From an uncultured bacterium (lineage in GTDB: Bacteria > Acidobacteriota > HRBIN11 > JAKEFK01): a DNA stretch of 64,000 bases. A program made the position numbers and the translations under genes. The notes under the pieces were generated by a model that was given only the letters and a program-made list of their open reading frames with translations, ran no database searches and was not told the DNA's origin. The stretch covers positions 1 through 64,000 of the forward strand of contig CAVZQN010000006.1 of assembly GCA_963777505.1 (NCBI GenBank), given 5' to 3'. Shown piece after piece: positions 28,320-39,211 of the stretch (positions are counted from its first letter, which is position 1; each line of letters begins with the position of its first letter).

Positions 28320-29051
28320 ATGGCGGAAAATCCAGAATTTTCAATAGTTGCACCTGTATATAACGAGGAAGAAGGAATCGCACAGGTGATCCGTTATTGG
28401 AACGAAGTTCTCCGGCAAAATCAATTGAAAGCCGAGATTGTACTTGCAAATGATGGAAGTACAGACCGTACGCTTGAGATATTACAAACTCTTTCGTCAG
28501 AAATATCCTTTCTGAAAATTGTCTCTTATAAACCGAATCGTGGTTACGGTTATGCCTTGCGGTCAGCAATACAGGCCAGCAGCGGTAAGTGGATCATCAC
28601 ACTCGATTCGGATGGTCAGTTCGATTTAGCGGATTACTCATCTTTGGTAAAGCTTCAAGCCGAAAAAGATTTGGATTTTGTGACAGGTTACCGGATGAAG
28701 AAAAAGGACAATCCGATGCGAGTGATAGCGGATCGCAGTCTCAACCTTATCGTTCGAACTCTTTTCTGGGTGAAGTTGCGCGATACAAATTGTGCGATGA
28801 AACTGATCCGCGGGGAGCTTGCACGATCGTTAAATATTGAAGCGCGTGGGTATCCGACTCCAACCGAAATTACGATCAAACTTCTTACACTCGGTGCAAA
28901 AACGGGTGAAACAGGCGTGCGGCACTCAGAACGGCTTCAAGGTCAGTCGAAATTGAAGTTTGTGCAAACAAGCCTGTCGTTCTTCCGTTTCCTTTTTTAT
29001 CTCCGCAAGAAGATCCGCTTGTATCGCGACGGCGTTTTGCAGAGTCTTTGA
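28320..29051 (+). CDS. GT2 glycosyltransferase (polyprenol-phosphate sugar synthase, DPM-like)
   Basis: APVYNEE, NDGSTD, NRGYGYA, LDSDGQ, DTNCAMK. Confidence 0.9.
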   Translation: MAENPEFSIVAPVYNEEEGIAQVIRYWNEVLRQNQLKAEIVLANDGSTDRTLEILQTLSSEISFLKIVSYKPNRGYGYALRSAIQASSGKWIITLDSDGQFDLADYSSLVKLQAEKDLDFVTGYRMKKKDNPMRVIADRSLNLIVRTLFWVKLRDTNCAMKLIRGELARSLNIEARGYPTPTEITIKLLTLGAKTGETGVRHSERLQGQSKLKFVQTSLSFFRFLFYLRKKIRLYRDGVLQSL

Positions 29052-29107
29052 TCCGTGTTTTCCACCACAGTGACGCAAAGTTAAAAACAAGTAGAATACT
29101 TGTAAGT

Positions 29108-30061
29108 ATGCCAAGTCAAAACGATTTTGTGGGTGTAATCCTGGCTGCAGGAAAAGGGACCCGCATGTTCCCTTTTACCGCTCGCTGGCCAAAACCAATT
29201 CTTCCAATCATGGGAAAACCACTGCTTCAACATCAAATTGAAATGTTCAATTCTGTTGGTATCAAGAAAATCTTCGTGGTCATCGGTCATCTTGGATATG
29301 AAGTCGTGAGGTCTCTTGGAAATGGAAAAGAATTTGGCGTCGATCTCGAATACGTAGAACAAACCGAAACTCTTGGAATCGCCCACGCCGTAGGCAGACT
29401 TGAAAGCCGCGTTGGAAAACCTTTCTTGTTATGCCTTGGTGACATCTTTTTTGTATCAAATAAACTTCAATCGATGCTCACTCATTTCGGAAAGAAAAAT
29501 ACGAAGGCCGTGCTCGCTTCCAAATTGGAACAAAACCCGGAGATGATACGCAGGAATTTTGCGATTATTCCATCCAAAGACGGCGGGGTGAAACAAGTAA
29601 TCGAAAAACCGCGTTATATCCAAAACAAGTTGAAAGGCTGCGGTATTTATTTGTTTGGCCTGGAAATCTTTGATGCGATCCGCAGGACTCCGCGCACTGC
29701 AATGCGCGATGAATACGAAATTACTGAAGCAATTCAGATCATGATCAACGATGGCCATAGGGTCGTTCACTCGCAAATCATCGATGAAGATTTGAACCTC
29801 ACAAACCCGGAAGATTTATTAATGATCAACATGCTCGAACTTAAAACTCTCAAACTTAAAAATCATTTTTCATCATCAGCTTCTGAGAATTCAAAGATCA
29901 AGGGAGTAGATTCCTGTGTTGTTGGTCATCGTGTCAAAATACAGGAACCTGTAAATCTACGAAACTGTGTAATTTTTGATGATGTTGCGATTCCAAAAGG
30001 AACAAAGCTAACGAATGTGATCATCACGCCTGAATCAATAATTCAATGCAACCCCGAATGA
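29108..30061 (+). CDS. Sugar-1-phosphate nucleotidyltransferase
   Basis: GVILAAGKGTRM.P.T...PKPILPI, LGD, IEKP, YEITEA; C-terminal left-handed beta-helix-like tail. Confidence 0.9.
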   Translation: MPSQNDFVGVILAAGKGTRMFPFTARWPKPILPIMGKPLLQHQIEMFNSVGIKKIFVVIGHLGYEVVRSLGNGKEFGVDLEYVEQTETLGIAHAVGRLESRVGKPFLLCLGDIFFVSNKLQSMLTHFGKKNTKAVLASKLEQNPEMIRRNFAIIPSKDGGVKQVIEKPRYIQNKLKGCGIYLFGLEIFDAIRRTPRTAMRDEYEITEAIQIMINDGHRVVHSQIIDEDLNLTNPEDLLMINMLELKTLKLKNHFSSSASENSKIKGVDSCVVGHRVKIQEPVNLRNCVIFDDVAIPKGTKLTNVIITPESIIQCNPE

Positions 30062-30080
30062 ACCGCAACGACACAAAGTC

Positions 30081-31013
30081 ATGAGAGTTTTAGTTACCGG
30101 AGGCGCGGGATTTATTGGTTCCCATCTTTGTGAAGGCCTTTTGCGAGAAGGGTATCAAGTTCGCGTACTGGATGATCTCTCCGTCGGAGCCGTTGCAAAC
30201 ATCCCCCCACAATGTGAATTCATACAAGGCAATGTTCTGGATGCCAACGTAGTTGAAAAAGCGATGGATGGTATAACGCATGTTCTTCATGATGCAGCTC
30301 GCGTAACAATTCGCGGCTCTGTTGAAAGATTCTATGAAGATGCAGAAACGAATCTGATGGGAACGTTGCAAGTCTTAAAAATCGCAGGAAAAAACAAAGT
30401 TCAACGCTTTGTGTATGCATCATCAATGGCAGTGTATTCTGATTCAGAAGAGCCTGTTGGAATTTCGGAAACCTATACACAAATTCCAGCAAGTCCTTAT
30501 GGAATTGCCAAGCTTGCAGCAGAACGGTATGTTCTTTTAACTGGAAGCGATCTTGGAATGCAGCCGATTGTGTTACGTTACTTCAATACGTTCGGAACGA
30601 GACAAACTTACACTCCGTATGTAGGCGTAATTACAATATTCATAACCCGGCTTTTGAAGCAGCAGGACGTTACAGTTTTTGGTGATGGAGAACAGAGACG
30701 CGATTTTGTTCATGTCTCCGATATCGTTCAAGCGAATTTGCTTTCTTTGAAAAGTGAAAATGCCGTGGGTGAAATTTTTAATGTAGGAACAGGTAAAGGC
30801 ACTTCAGTGAACGAACTTGCTCAGCTTCTCACATCACAAATTTATCCACAAGCACAAATTAAGCATGAAGAGATTAGAAGCGAAGAATTACGATATTCAA
30901 TTGCCAATATTTCGAAATTGAAAAGTTTATTAGGCTATGCGCCTCAAACTAATTTTGCTGCGCAAATTCCTGAAGTAGTCGAATACATACGAAAGAATAA
31001 ACGTAGCGCATAA
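30081..31013 (+). CDS. NAD-dependent sugar epimerase/dehydratase
   Basis: VTGGAGFIGSH, YASS, YGIAK (YxxxK), LRYFN, GDGEQRRDFVHV. Confidence 0.92.
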   Translation: MRVLVTGGAGFIGSHLCEGLLREGYQVRVLDDLSVGAVANIPPQCEFIQGNVLDANVVEKAMDGITHVLHDAARVTIRGSVERFYEDAETNLMGTLQVLKIAGKNKVQRFVYASSMAVYSDSEEPVGISETYTQIPASPYGIAKLAAERYVLLTGSDLGMQPIVLRYFNTFGTRQTYTPYVGVITIFITRLLKQQDVTVFGDGEQRRDFVHVSDIVQANLLSLKSENAVGEIFNVGTGKGTSVNELAQLLTSQIYPQAQIKHEEIRSEELRYSIANISKLKSLLGYAPQTNFAAQIPEVVEYIRKNKRSA

Positions 31014-31102
31014 AGCAAACCTTCTACTTAACCACGAAGGTCACGAAGAAGCACGAAGTTTCAGTTTGTTATTAACTCTTCGTGAAACTTCATGAACTGC
31101 TT

Positions 31103-31272
31103 TGAAAATCGCTAGCCCCCGGCGTAAGGCGGGGGTGACAGGATTGAGAATGAACTAGCCCGCTTCAAGCGGGCGAAAGACCAGTTACTATGAACACTCT
31201 TACGCCCGCCTTCGGCGGGCTAAATCAATACATGCATACTGAACCCCCGGCTTACGCCGGGGGCTATTTTCA
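31103..31272. repeat. Nested palindromic REP/REPIN-like element
   Basis: TAGCCCCCGGCGTAAGGCGGGGGT (31113-31136) is the near-perfect reverse complement of ACCCCCGGCTTACGCCGGGGGCTA (31243-31266); inner pair TAGCCCGCTTCAAGCGGGCG / CGCCCGCCTTCGGCGGGCTA; each unit is itself a hairpin. Confidence 0.8.
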
Positions 31273-31341
31273 TTTATTTCTGTTTGGCCGCTTCGCGGCC
31301 ATGTGTTACTTCGTGGTTACGAGTTTGTTTACGTTTTCTTG

Positions 31342-33204
31342 ATGCTCAAACACAAAAAATCAATTCAATTTACCTCTTTTCTTGCGCTGATTCTCTTTCT
31401 CAGTGCGGAAGCTTTCTTAAAAGCGCAAGCCCAAGCGATGGGTATTCAAACCATAGCCTGGGGTGTCTGCGCGCTTGCGTGGATTTTTCTTCTGTACTAT
31501 TTTTCGCGCGATTCTGAACTCTGGAACAGTTTCCAAACAAAAGAAGGACCTTTAAAACATACGGTCCTCATTGCGGTTTTAATCATTGCAGTTGGAGCCG
31601 TTTTTAGATTCTGGAGATTAAGCTCACTTGCAGATGGGATGGCATGGGATGAAGCGTATAAGGGATTGGATGCTCTAGCGATCCGTCAGTTTGGTGAACG
31701 ACCTGTTTTCCTGAATTGGAATGCCGGCAGAGAAGCACTGATAGCATATTTAGTTGCCGCCTCTCAATACTTTTTTGATTATTCCATTGTTTCGGTTCGC
31801 GCAGTGCTCGCATTCTTTGGAGTACTGACACTGGTCTTTGTCTTTTTGCTTTCGCGCCGTTTGTTTAATGATCGTGTCGCTTTAATTGCAACATTCCTGC
31901 TTGCTGTTTCAAAGTGGCACATCATGCATTCCAGGTACGCTGTTCGTGTTGGTTTGATCGTATTTTTTGAAGTGATTGTTTTATATTTTCTTGCACGCGG
32001 GATTCAATCATCTAAAAGAAATTCACTCTGGATTGTAGCCGCAGGATTTTTTGGAGGACTCGGTCTTTATACGTATATTGCATACAGAATTTTCCCGCTC
32101 ATCGCGATAGCGTTTTTGCTGGATTCTACAATCCGCCCAAAATTGAAAGAAAAATGGCCGGCACTTCTCACCGGTGCTGTGGTTGCTTTCCTTGTGGCCG
32201 CACCGATGCTCAATTTTTCCTGGAAAAATCGTGAGAGTTTTAACGATCGCATTCAGCGGACTGCCGTGTGGAATACACGTGGTACAGATCTGACTCCGAC
32301 TCAACTTGTTATCGATTCCACGGTCAAGACATTGGGACTCTTTACCTATAGAGGCGACGCCATCGACCGTCATAATCTTAAGGAAGAGCCAATGCTGTCA
32401 CCTTTTGCTTCAGGTTTTTTCCTTCTTGGTATTGGCATTGCTTTGATCAACATTCGAAAACCTTATGCAGCCTTTTTGTTGATCTATCTTTTTTTAACAA
32501 CTTTGCCTGGAATTCTGAGCGTAAATGCGCCGCATGCTTCTAGAACTCTGGGAAGCGTCGTTCCTGCAATTTTCTTCGTAACAATAGGACTGTTATCTGC
32601 GGTCAGGCTTCTTGCAGATATATTTCGACCGCTAGCATTTCTTGTACTCACTGGAATCCTTGCAGCAAATTTTTATTCAGGACCCAATGATGGACTTCTT
32701 CGATACTCATACTCGCTGGACACACTTGATCCAAAGACTTCTGCTTTATGGGGTATAGATCGCGATCAATATCGTGTTGTTCAACTTCTCAATCAACTTG
32801 GTCCTAAGTTCGATCTTTATTTATCACCGCAATTTTATTTTCACAGCACTGTAGAATATTTGACGTATTCAAAATCTGAGCACAAGGTTTATGCACCCGG
32901 TATGAATCTTCAAAGCAGCTGGAGGCAGAACAAGATTCCGTTGATTGTGGTTCAACCTGCCGAATGCAATCTTTGGTGGCTGAGAGATGATGACAGAAAG
33001 CAATTCTACAAATGGTGGGCGCAATCAGGCCCTTACGATGTACAAAAGATTCGCGGAATAATAAACAGGTCGTATGGCAATAATGCGCGAACGACGAATA
33101 TGTCTGACTGGCGTCTGATTGAATCCATTCAGAAAGCGTATCCCCAGGCGCGTGAAGTGCGATTGGGTAGTTTTACAGTCTATCTGGTGCCTAGACCGAG
33201 GTAA
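31342..33204 (+). CDS. GT-C glycosyltransferase (ArnT/PMT, GT39/83-like)
   Basis: FRFWRL...WDEA (DE loop), ~12 TMs, W.IMHSR, YTYIAYRIFP, RTLGSVVP. Confidence 0.8.
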   Translation: MLKHKKSIQFTSFLALILFLSAEAFLKAQAQAMGIQTIAWGVCALAWIFLLYYFSRDSELWNSFQTKEGPLKHTVLIAVLIIAVGAVFRFWRLSSLADGMAWDEAYKGLDALAIRQFGERPVFLNWNAGREALIAYLVAASQYFFDYSIVSVRAVLAFFGVLTLVFVFLLSRRLFNDRVALIATFLLAVSKWHIMHSRYAVRVGLIVFFEVIVLYFLARGIQSSKRNSLWIVAAGFFGGLGLYTYIAYRIFPLIAIAFLLDSTIRPKLKEKWPALLTGAVVAFLVAAPMLNFSWKNRESFNDRIQRTAVWNTRGTDLTPTQLVIDSTVKTLGLFTYRGDAIDRHNLKEEPMLSPFASGFFLLGIGIALINIRKPYAAFLLIYLFLTTLPGILSVNAPHASRTLGSVVPAIFFVTIGLLSAVRLLADIFRPLAFLVLTGILAANFYSGPNDGLLRYSYSLDTLDPKTSALWGIDRDQYRVVQLLNQLGPKFDLYLSPQFYFHSTVEYLTYSKSEHKVYAPGMNLQSSWRQNKIPLIVVQPAECNLWWLRDDDRKQFYKWWAQSGPYDVQKIRGIINRSYGNNARTTNMSDWRLIESIQKAYPQAREVRLGSFTVYLVPRPR

Positions 33205-33212
33205 GCCGGGCG

Positions 33213-35682
33213 TTACAAAGCGCTATCAATTTCAGTGAAACGAAGATCTTCAATTTTATAAATACGCCCGGTGCGATCTGCGTCTGTTGGCGGCTTTTTG
33301 CCTGGATAACTTTCGGGTTCGCGAAATTCAATTGTATTCTTTCCTTTTTGCAATTGAAGTTTGACATTCACAGGAATACCGCGAATTTTTGCGCGTTCAC
33401 CTCCGACAAGTCTACCGTTGTGGTATACAGCAATCTGACGGCGATATGGTTCTGAATAAACTGTAAAACTCAAATTGCCTTTCAATCGTTTTTGCGAAAT
33501 CAATTCCAGCGTTCCATTAGATTTCATCCAGCGGATTGTCTCGAAATCCTCCTGCGTTTCCGGATCAAAAAATCCTGAACCATACTCAACTTCAAGCAAA
33601 ACAGATCCGGTTTCGTCATCCTGAAAAAGGACCTGCCGCTCAAGGTCTTTCACTGCAGGAGTTCTTTTTACAACACGGTAAAGCCGGGCATCCTTTTCCT
33701 GACGAAGAAGTTCAAAGTATGGGCCTCTGATGCGAGTTTCAAAAGGTTTCAAGTTTTCCATAGAAGAAATAAAGAAATACTGAATCCCCGCACGCTGCGA
33801 TAATGCAGAAATTCGGCCAGCCGATGAGTATTGACCAAAGATTTTAGAAAGTATTCTGTCGCGAAATTGAACTTCCTCTTTTGAAATTTGATAAAGGCGG
33901 GAATGAACTTTATCTCCAAGATATACAGGACGTCTTCCAAGCGCAGGTAATTCCGTTACATATTCTTCCAGAAATCCTTCTCCACGGGGCATCGATTGGA
34001 CACAAGCATTTTTGTCGACATTTGATTGAATCCAATCATAGATTTCACGATCTTCCGTTGAAATAATTGAAGTAAATTTGGAATTCGAGACATCCTGATT
34101 GTTATACCAATCCATTGCCCATGTCAGCAAAGACGGGCGCAAGCATCAAGGCCAAAGCAATAGACAATGCCGGTGTACTAAAACGAGAATCATCAAAAAA
34201 GCCTGCTGCAAAAATCAACAGAACTACATACGATAAAATTCCCATTTTCAGCGTAATTTCCGAGAGGCCAGGGACATCGATATTGATAAAAATTATCAGC
34301 ACGCAGCAAAGTGCAAGATAAAACAACAGAGTCTTTGAAGGAATATTTTTTGATCTAAAAATAATTCCCGCGACGCCTGCAATTAATATCGCACCCCAAT
34401 TTAATGGGATGTATTTAGTGATGTTTGCCAAAACAAAATGGTTAATTTCAAACTGTACTTCTCCTGCTTTAGTTCCAAACATCTGAAAAAGAAAAAAATA
34501 AGCTGTTAGAAAAATGAGACCTAAGGCGCCAGCACATAAAACTTCTTTCCACTTCACTCGAGGATTTTTATACAGCTCGACAAGCAGCATGACTGCAGAG
34601 CCCAGAATCAAAGCACCAGCAATGATCACTGTGAAACCTGTGATTGCGAATAACAACACATGCAAAAAGATGCGGCGTCTGAAGCTAGCAGCTTTCTTCC
34701 ACGCCAGCAGGAACAAAACAAAAGTAGAAAGACCGATTAGATGTTGTGGTCCATACAACATTCCACGGAAAAGAGTGTCGACTTGCGGCGCACGATAGAG
34801 CCATCGCAGGATTGCATCCACATTCCATTCGCGAAATGACATCCATGGCAATTTTTCGCCATAAAAATGAAACAGGAGATAGAATCCTTCATAACTTCCA
34901 CCAAAAAGAAAAAGCAGAAGTGTCATGACTCGCGTTCTTTTTCTTTGTGTGAAGTATCGAATCCCGGCATACAAAGCCGCACAAAAGCCCATCGCAAGCA
35001 GCACATTAAATTGGAGCATCATGTAATCTGCTGAAAAAGAAGGGAAAAGTTTCAGCCAGAAAGCAGGAATGATGTGAAAAAACCAATAGTAACGGAGGAT
35101 ATGATCGCTGAAATACGGATTTTCAGGTGGAATGCCGTGATTCGCGAGATTCGCTGCTACTGCGATGTGTCTGAAAAAATCGGTGTTGAAATAAGCACGG
35201 TATGCGTGCCCGCCACTAACTGGTGTTCCAACATGCACAAACGGAATTGCGAGAACAGCAAGAGTGCAAAATAACCAAAGAAACAACAGATACCAATCCG
35301 CTTGATCCCATGAATGAGCTTCTGCTGCTGGAACTGACCTGCGATGAAAATAGAATGCAAGCGCAGCGAATGCGAAAAAATAAAGAATGAAGCTTAATAC
35401 TGAAATTCCGAAAATGACGCCTGTAAGAGAAAGAAAAACGGCGTGAAGGATATAGCCTACAGGAATTGTAAATATGATGGCGTTTGGCCCACGGCCCAGT
35501 AGAAATGCAGAGAAGGGATACGCTAACGCGAGAAAACAAACGAGTACAAAGAGTGAAACAAATGATTGAAGCAGGTAGCCATGAATGCCTGAAATAACTG
35601 CAACACAAACAAAAAGAATTGCTGTGCATGCAGTGAGCGAGCCAAAAGAAGTCTTCGATGAAGAAGCGTGATTACCTTGCAT
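33213..35682 (-). CDS. Large polytopic membrane protein (probable GT-C glycosyltransferase), split by one frameshift near 34137
   Basis: ORFs 34102-35682 and 33213-34142 join as ...MLAPSLLTWAMDWYN... if one C in GCGCCCG is removed; D..RH, PPENPYFSD..LRYYWFFH and PQH motifs; periplasmic tail with W..NV..GRRPVY. Confidence 0.65.
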
Positions 35683-36391
35683 TCAACGTAAGACGCTTCA
35701 GTTGCCGTTTTAATTCGAGTGCCTTCTCTCCAAATTTCGTAATGGGAACATTGGGTTCACCACCATATCGTTCACGAAAATGGATCGGGACAACTCCCTG
35801 CCGGATCGATGGATTTTTTTTCAGCAGCACTGCCAGTGCAATATTTGCTAGATGAAAATCCGGTTGAATCTTTTCGAGTTCTTTTGTAATCATTTTTGTT
35901 CGCATCAGCCTGTAAGGAACATTTGCATCAACACAGTTTACTCCGGACCAGACCAGTAAACTGAATCTTAAAACGATCGATGCAAGAACCCTCCGCCAGC
36001 CATCATCGCGATGAGTACGTTTCCCATAGATCACATCATATTTGTCTCTGTCACGCCAGAAACGAAAAAAGTATTGGGGATCACATTGACCATCTGAATC
36101 AAACTGAAAAACGTATGGAATTTCGCGTTCGGAGGCAATTCGATATCCTTCCAAACATGTTTGCCCGTGACCTCGATTTTCACGTGTCCATATTTCCATT
36201 CTGGATCCAAGTTGTTGTTGAAGACGTTGCAACAGTTTCAATGTGTCATCCTTGGATCCATCGTCTATTGCAAGGAACAGAAAATTCTCGGTCCAGTTTT
36301 CTACTTCCTGTACCCATTCCATAACAACTTTGCGGACACTTGCCTGTTCGTTATATACAGGCATGACTAATAACAATTCGGGAGTAGACAT
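35672..36391 (-). CDS. GT2 glycosyltransferase
   Basis: MPVYNEQ, IDDGSKD, NRGHG, FDSDGQ, DANVPYRLMR. Confidence 0.9.
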   Translation of the reverse strand: MSTPELLLVMPVYNEQASVRKVVMEWVQEVENWTENFLFLAIDDGSKDDTLKLLQRLQQQLGSRMEIWTRENRGHGQTCLEGYRIASEREIPYVFQFDSDGQCDPQYFFRFWRDRDKYDVIYGKRTHRDDGWRRVLASIVLRFSLLVWSGVNCVDANVPYRLMRTKMITKELEKIQPDFHLANIALAVLLKKNPSIRQGVVPIHFRERYGGEPNVPITKFGEKALELKRQLKRLTLNAR

Positions 36392-36416
36392 CTCTGCGTC
36401 TCAGTGGTTAATAAAT

Positions 36417-37535
36417 TTACCGGATGTCGAGCGTTTTTAGCCTTTCGAACTCGGCCAGCGCCATTCCTACAACCTGGTCCATGTTATAGTACCGGTAAGT
36501 TGCCAGCCTTCCAACAAAGGAAACTTTCTTTTCATTTTCCGCAAGTTCCGCATACTTCTTATAAAGCTGCTGCGCATCAGGTGCGGGGATAGGGTAATAA
36601 GGTTCTTTCCCGGGGCCAAAATCATCCGGATACTCGCGAACAATCGTAGTAACCGGAAGTTTTTGTCCGGTTACATGCTTGATTTCAACAATCCTCGTGA
36701 AATCGTAGTCATTTGGATAATTTACCTGCACTGTGGGCTGGTAAAATTCCTTTTCAATTATCTCTCTGTCGAAACGCAATGAGCGATACGGCAGTGGGCC
36801 AAACTTCCAATCGAAGTATTCATCCACAGGGCCGGTGTAAATCAGATGTTTGTAAGTAACCTGTGAAATCACATCCTGATAGCGTGTATTCAACAGGATT
36901 TTGATTTTGGGATTATTCAGCATCCGCTCAAACATTTTTGTGTATCCTTCTTGTGGAAGTCCTTGAAATTTTTCTGAAAGATATCTGTCATCGCGGTTTG
37001 TTCGAATTGGAATGCGGCCGCACACGCTTGGGTCCAAATCTTTTGGATCTCTTTTCCATTGTTTGCGCGTGTAGTTTTTGAAAAACATTTCGTAGAGCTT
37101 AACGCCTACCTGTGAAATGATGACCTCTTCCGAATTTTTTGGATTCTCAATAGGGACACGCCACTTCTCCAGTGTTTCTTCCATTTCTTCGGAAGTGGAA
37201 GGCCGGCCAAGAATCTGTTCGAAAGTATTCAGGTTAATTGGAAATTGCCAGAATCGGCCATCTGTCCAGGAAAGAATTTTGAAATCAACTCGATGCCATT
37301 CCGTAAACTGGCTCAAATACTGCAGAATCCGATCCGATTTTGTGCGGAAGTAGTGCGGTCCATAAGCGTGAAGACGTACACCTGCCGAGTCGTATTCATC
37401 ATATGCGTTGCCTGCAATATGATGACGTTTTTCTACAATTAGACAGGTTTTGCCAAGTTGAGAGGAAAGGCGTTCGGCAAGAACCGAACCTGCATATCCC
37501 GCACCAACAATTAAAAAATCAAAATTCCAACCCAT
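36417..37535 (-). CDS. glf: UDP-galactopyranose mutase
   Basis: IVGAGYAG, IAGNAYD, YGPHYFRT, YTRKQW, RIPIR..DDRY, LPYRSL, GRLATYRYYNMDQ. Confidence 0.95.
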   Translation of the reverse strand: MGWNFDFLIVGAGYAGSVLAERLSSQLGKTCLIVEKRHHIAGNAYDEYDSAGVRLHAYGPHYFRTKSDRILQYLSQFTEWHRVDFKILSWTDGRFWQFPINLNTFEQILGRPSTSEEMEETLEKWRVPIENPKNSEEVIISQVGVKLYEMFFKNYTRKQWKRDPKDLDPSVCGRIPIRTNRDDRYLSEKFQGLPQEGYTKMFERMLNNPKIKILLNTRYQDVISQVTYKHLIYTGPVDEYFDWKFGPLPYRSLRFDREIIEKEFYQPTVQVNYPNDYDFTRIVEIKHVTGQKLPVTTIVREYPDDFGPGKEPYYPIPAPDAQQLYKKYAELAENEKKVSFVGRLATYRYYNMDQVVGMALAEFERLKTLDIR

Positions 37536-37582
37536 TAAAACATACTAACTCATAACGTGATGCGGGACTTCAAGCTCATTAC

Positions 37583-38879
37583 CTAATCCATCAAAAACAG
37601 TATTCTGGCGTCTGTTGTTAGATTTTCCAGAAAGAAATTACAAACTTGCCATTCTTCGTCTTCGAAGACTAAAGTGAAATGATGGATGACATCGGACTTG
37701 CCCGTATCCCCATCCTTTTCAACCCACTCGAATTTCGCACGAACAGTTGCATTCGCATCCAGACCATTTGGCTTAACCAGAACATCAATATCAACAACCT
37801 CAACACTATTCTCAGCAATCAGTAATTTTTGCTGTTCAATAATCGCAATTTCGCGATCTCTGCCTTTACACTGAGGGGACGTGCTCCATCCATCTACAAT
37901 GTCTTCGGTACTCCAATTTTCAATTTTGTCGAAGCGTGTAAAGAAACGATCGAGCAATCTCTCGATTTCTTCTTCAGAGTTACCCTGGTTAAAGCGTTCA
38001 ACACGGATGCCTTGCTCGCGCATACTTTCAAGTCCGGTATTATCTCTCACGGTTAAACGAATCGTGAATGTTCCGTTCGTTCGATAGACATGAGTAATTG
38101 CAGAGCCTGTTCTAACATTACCGTCACCCAGATGCCCATTCATAGTTTGTAATTGTGCCGTCATCGGAGCTTGAAGTACCATCGATCACAAAACGTGTAC
38201 CGACATCACCGGATGGAGGCGTGACGGTGAAACGTGCAACAGGAGCCTGGCCTCTTTCTACTTCGACTTCCCTTCTGGCTGATGCTGTTGCTCCATCATT
38301 GTCAGTGATACTCAACGTAATTTGGAAAGTACCATTTACGCCAAATCGATGCTCAGCAATTCTTCCGGTTGCTGTTTTATTGTCTCCGAAATCCCAACGG
38401 TAGGCTGCGACTTGTCCATCAGGATCATCTGATTCCGTTGCATCAACTGTGAATAACGTATTTTCAGCGCCAGAGGCAGGACTCACAGTGAATTTTGCTA
38501 CCGGTACTCTGTTGTTCGTTACACTTAACACTGCGGATGAACTGACGCTGCCAGCAGAGGTTGTAATCGTGATTGTACGATTCCCTGCTGCAGCATTGTT
38601 TTGAACATTAAAAATGACTTCGATTTCAGAAGAGCTCACGCTGGTAAATCGAACTACCGTGAGTCCTGCTCCAAGGTTCACTGCTGTAACGCCGCCTAAA
38701 TTAGTGCCTTGAATTCTGCCCTCAACGTTTTGCTGTCCTTTGCTTACTTGATTAGGAGTAAAAGAGCTAACTGTAGGTTGAGGATTTGGTGTAGGACCTG
38801 GATTGTTATCGTCATCGCTACCGCACCCTGCAACAAAAGCTAGCAGGCATAAAAGTATAAAAAAACTTCCGCGCTTCAT
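37583..38879 (-). CDS. PKD lipoprotein paralog 4 with NTF2/SnoaL-like C-terminal domain, split by a frameshift near 38135
   Basis: Lipobox VAGC; IPT/TIG + PKD; removing one base in TGGGCATCTG restores YEWDLGDG and joins ORFs 38124-38879 and 37583-38182. Confidence 0.75.
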
Positions 38880-39107
38880 TTTTTGCCGACCTCCGAACTA
38901 GATGGGTTTCTGGGAGTGAGACATTCTAACATAGTCGAACATTGCCTCTCAACTCTATCTATCTAAAGGTTTAATTGAATACTACTTTGTGATCTTTGTG
39001 CCTTTGTGGTGAATAGACGTATAACTTTTAAGCACTGCTCAAAAATTTTGCAGACACTCTGAGCTGGATTTCGGCCACTCACGACGAGAAGATTTGGAAA
39101 AAGAAGC

Positions 39108-39123
39108 TGGCATCCCATTTGCT
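39108..39123 (+). promoter_or_regulatory. Sigma54 (-24/-12) promoter
   Basis: TGGCAT-CCCAT-TTGCT matches TGGCAC-N5-TTGC spacing. Confidence 0.65.
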
Positions 39124-39211
39124 TTTACAAATGATTTCAGGGAGGGGAGGTATAAGTTCGTAACACTTCCATTTGTAAGTCTTCCATATATATAGCAGTG
39201 TTTCACTTTAT

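Noticed and set aside
31029-31319. Possible CRISPR mini-array
   Set aside because: Repeats are inverted and nested, not direct with spacers, and no cas genes are present.
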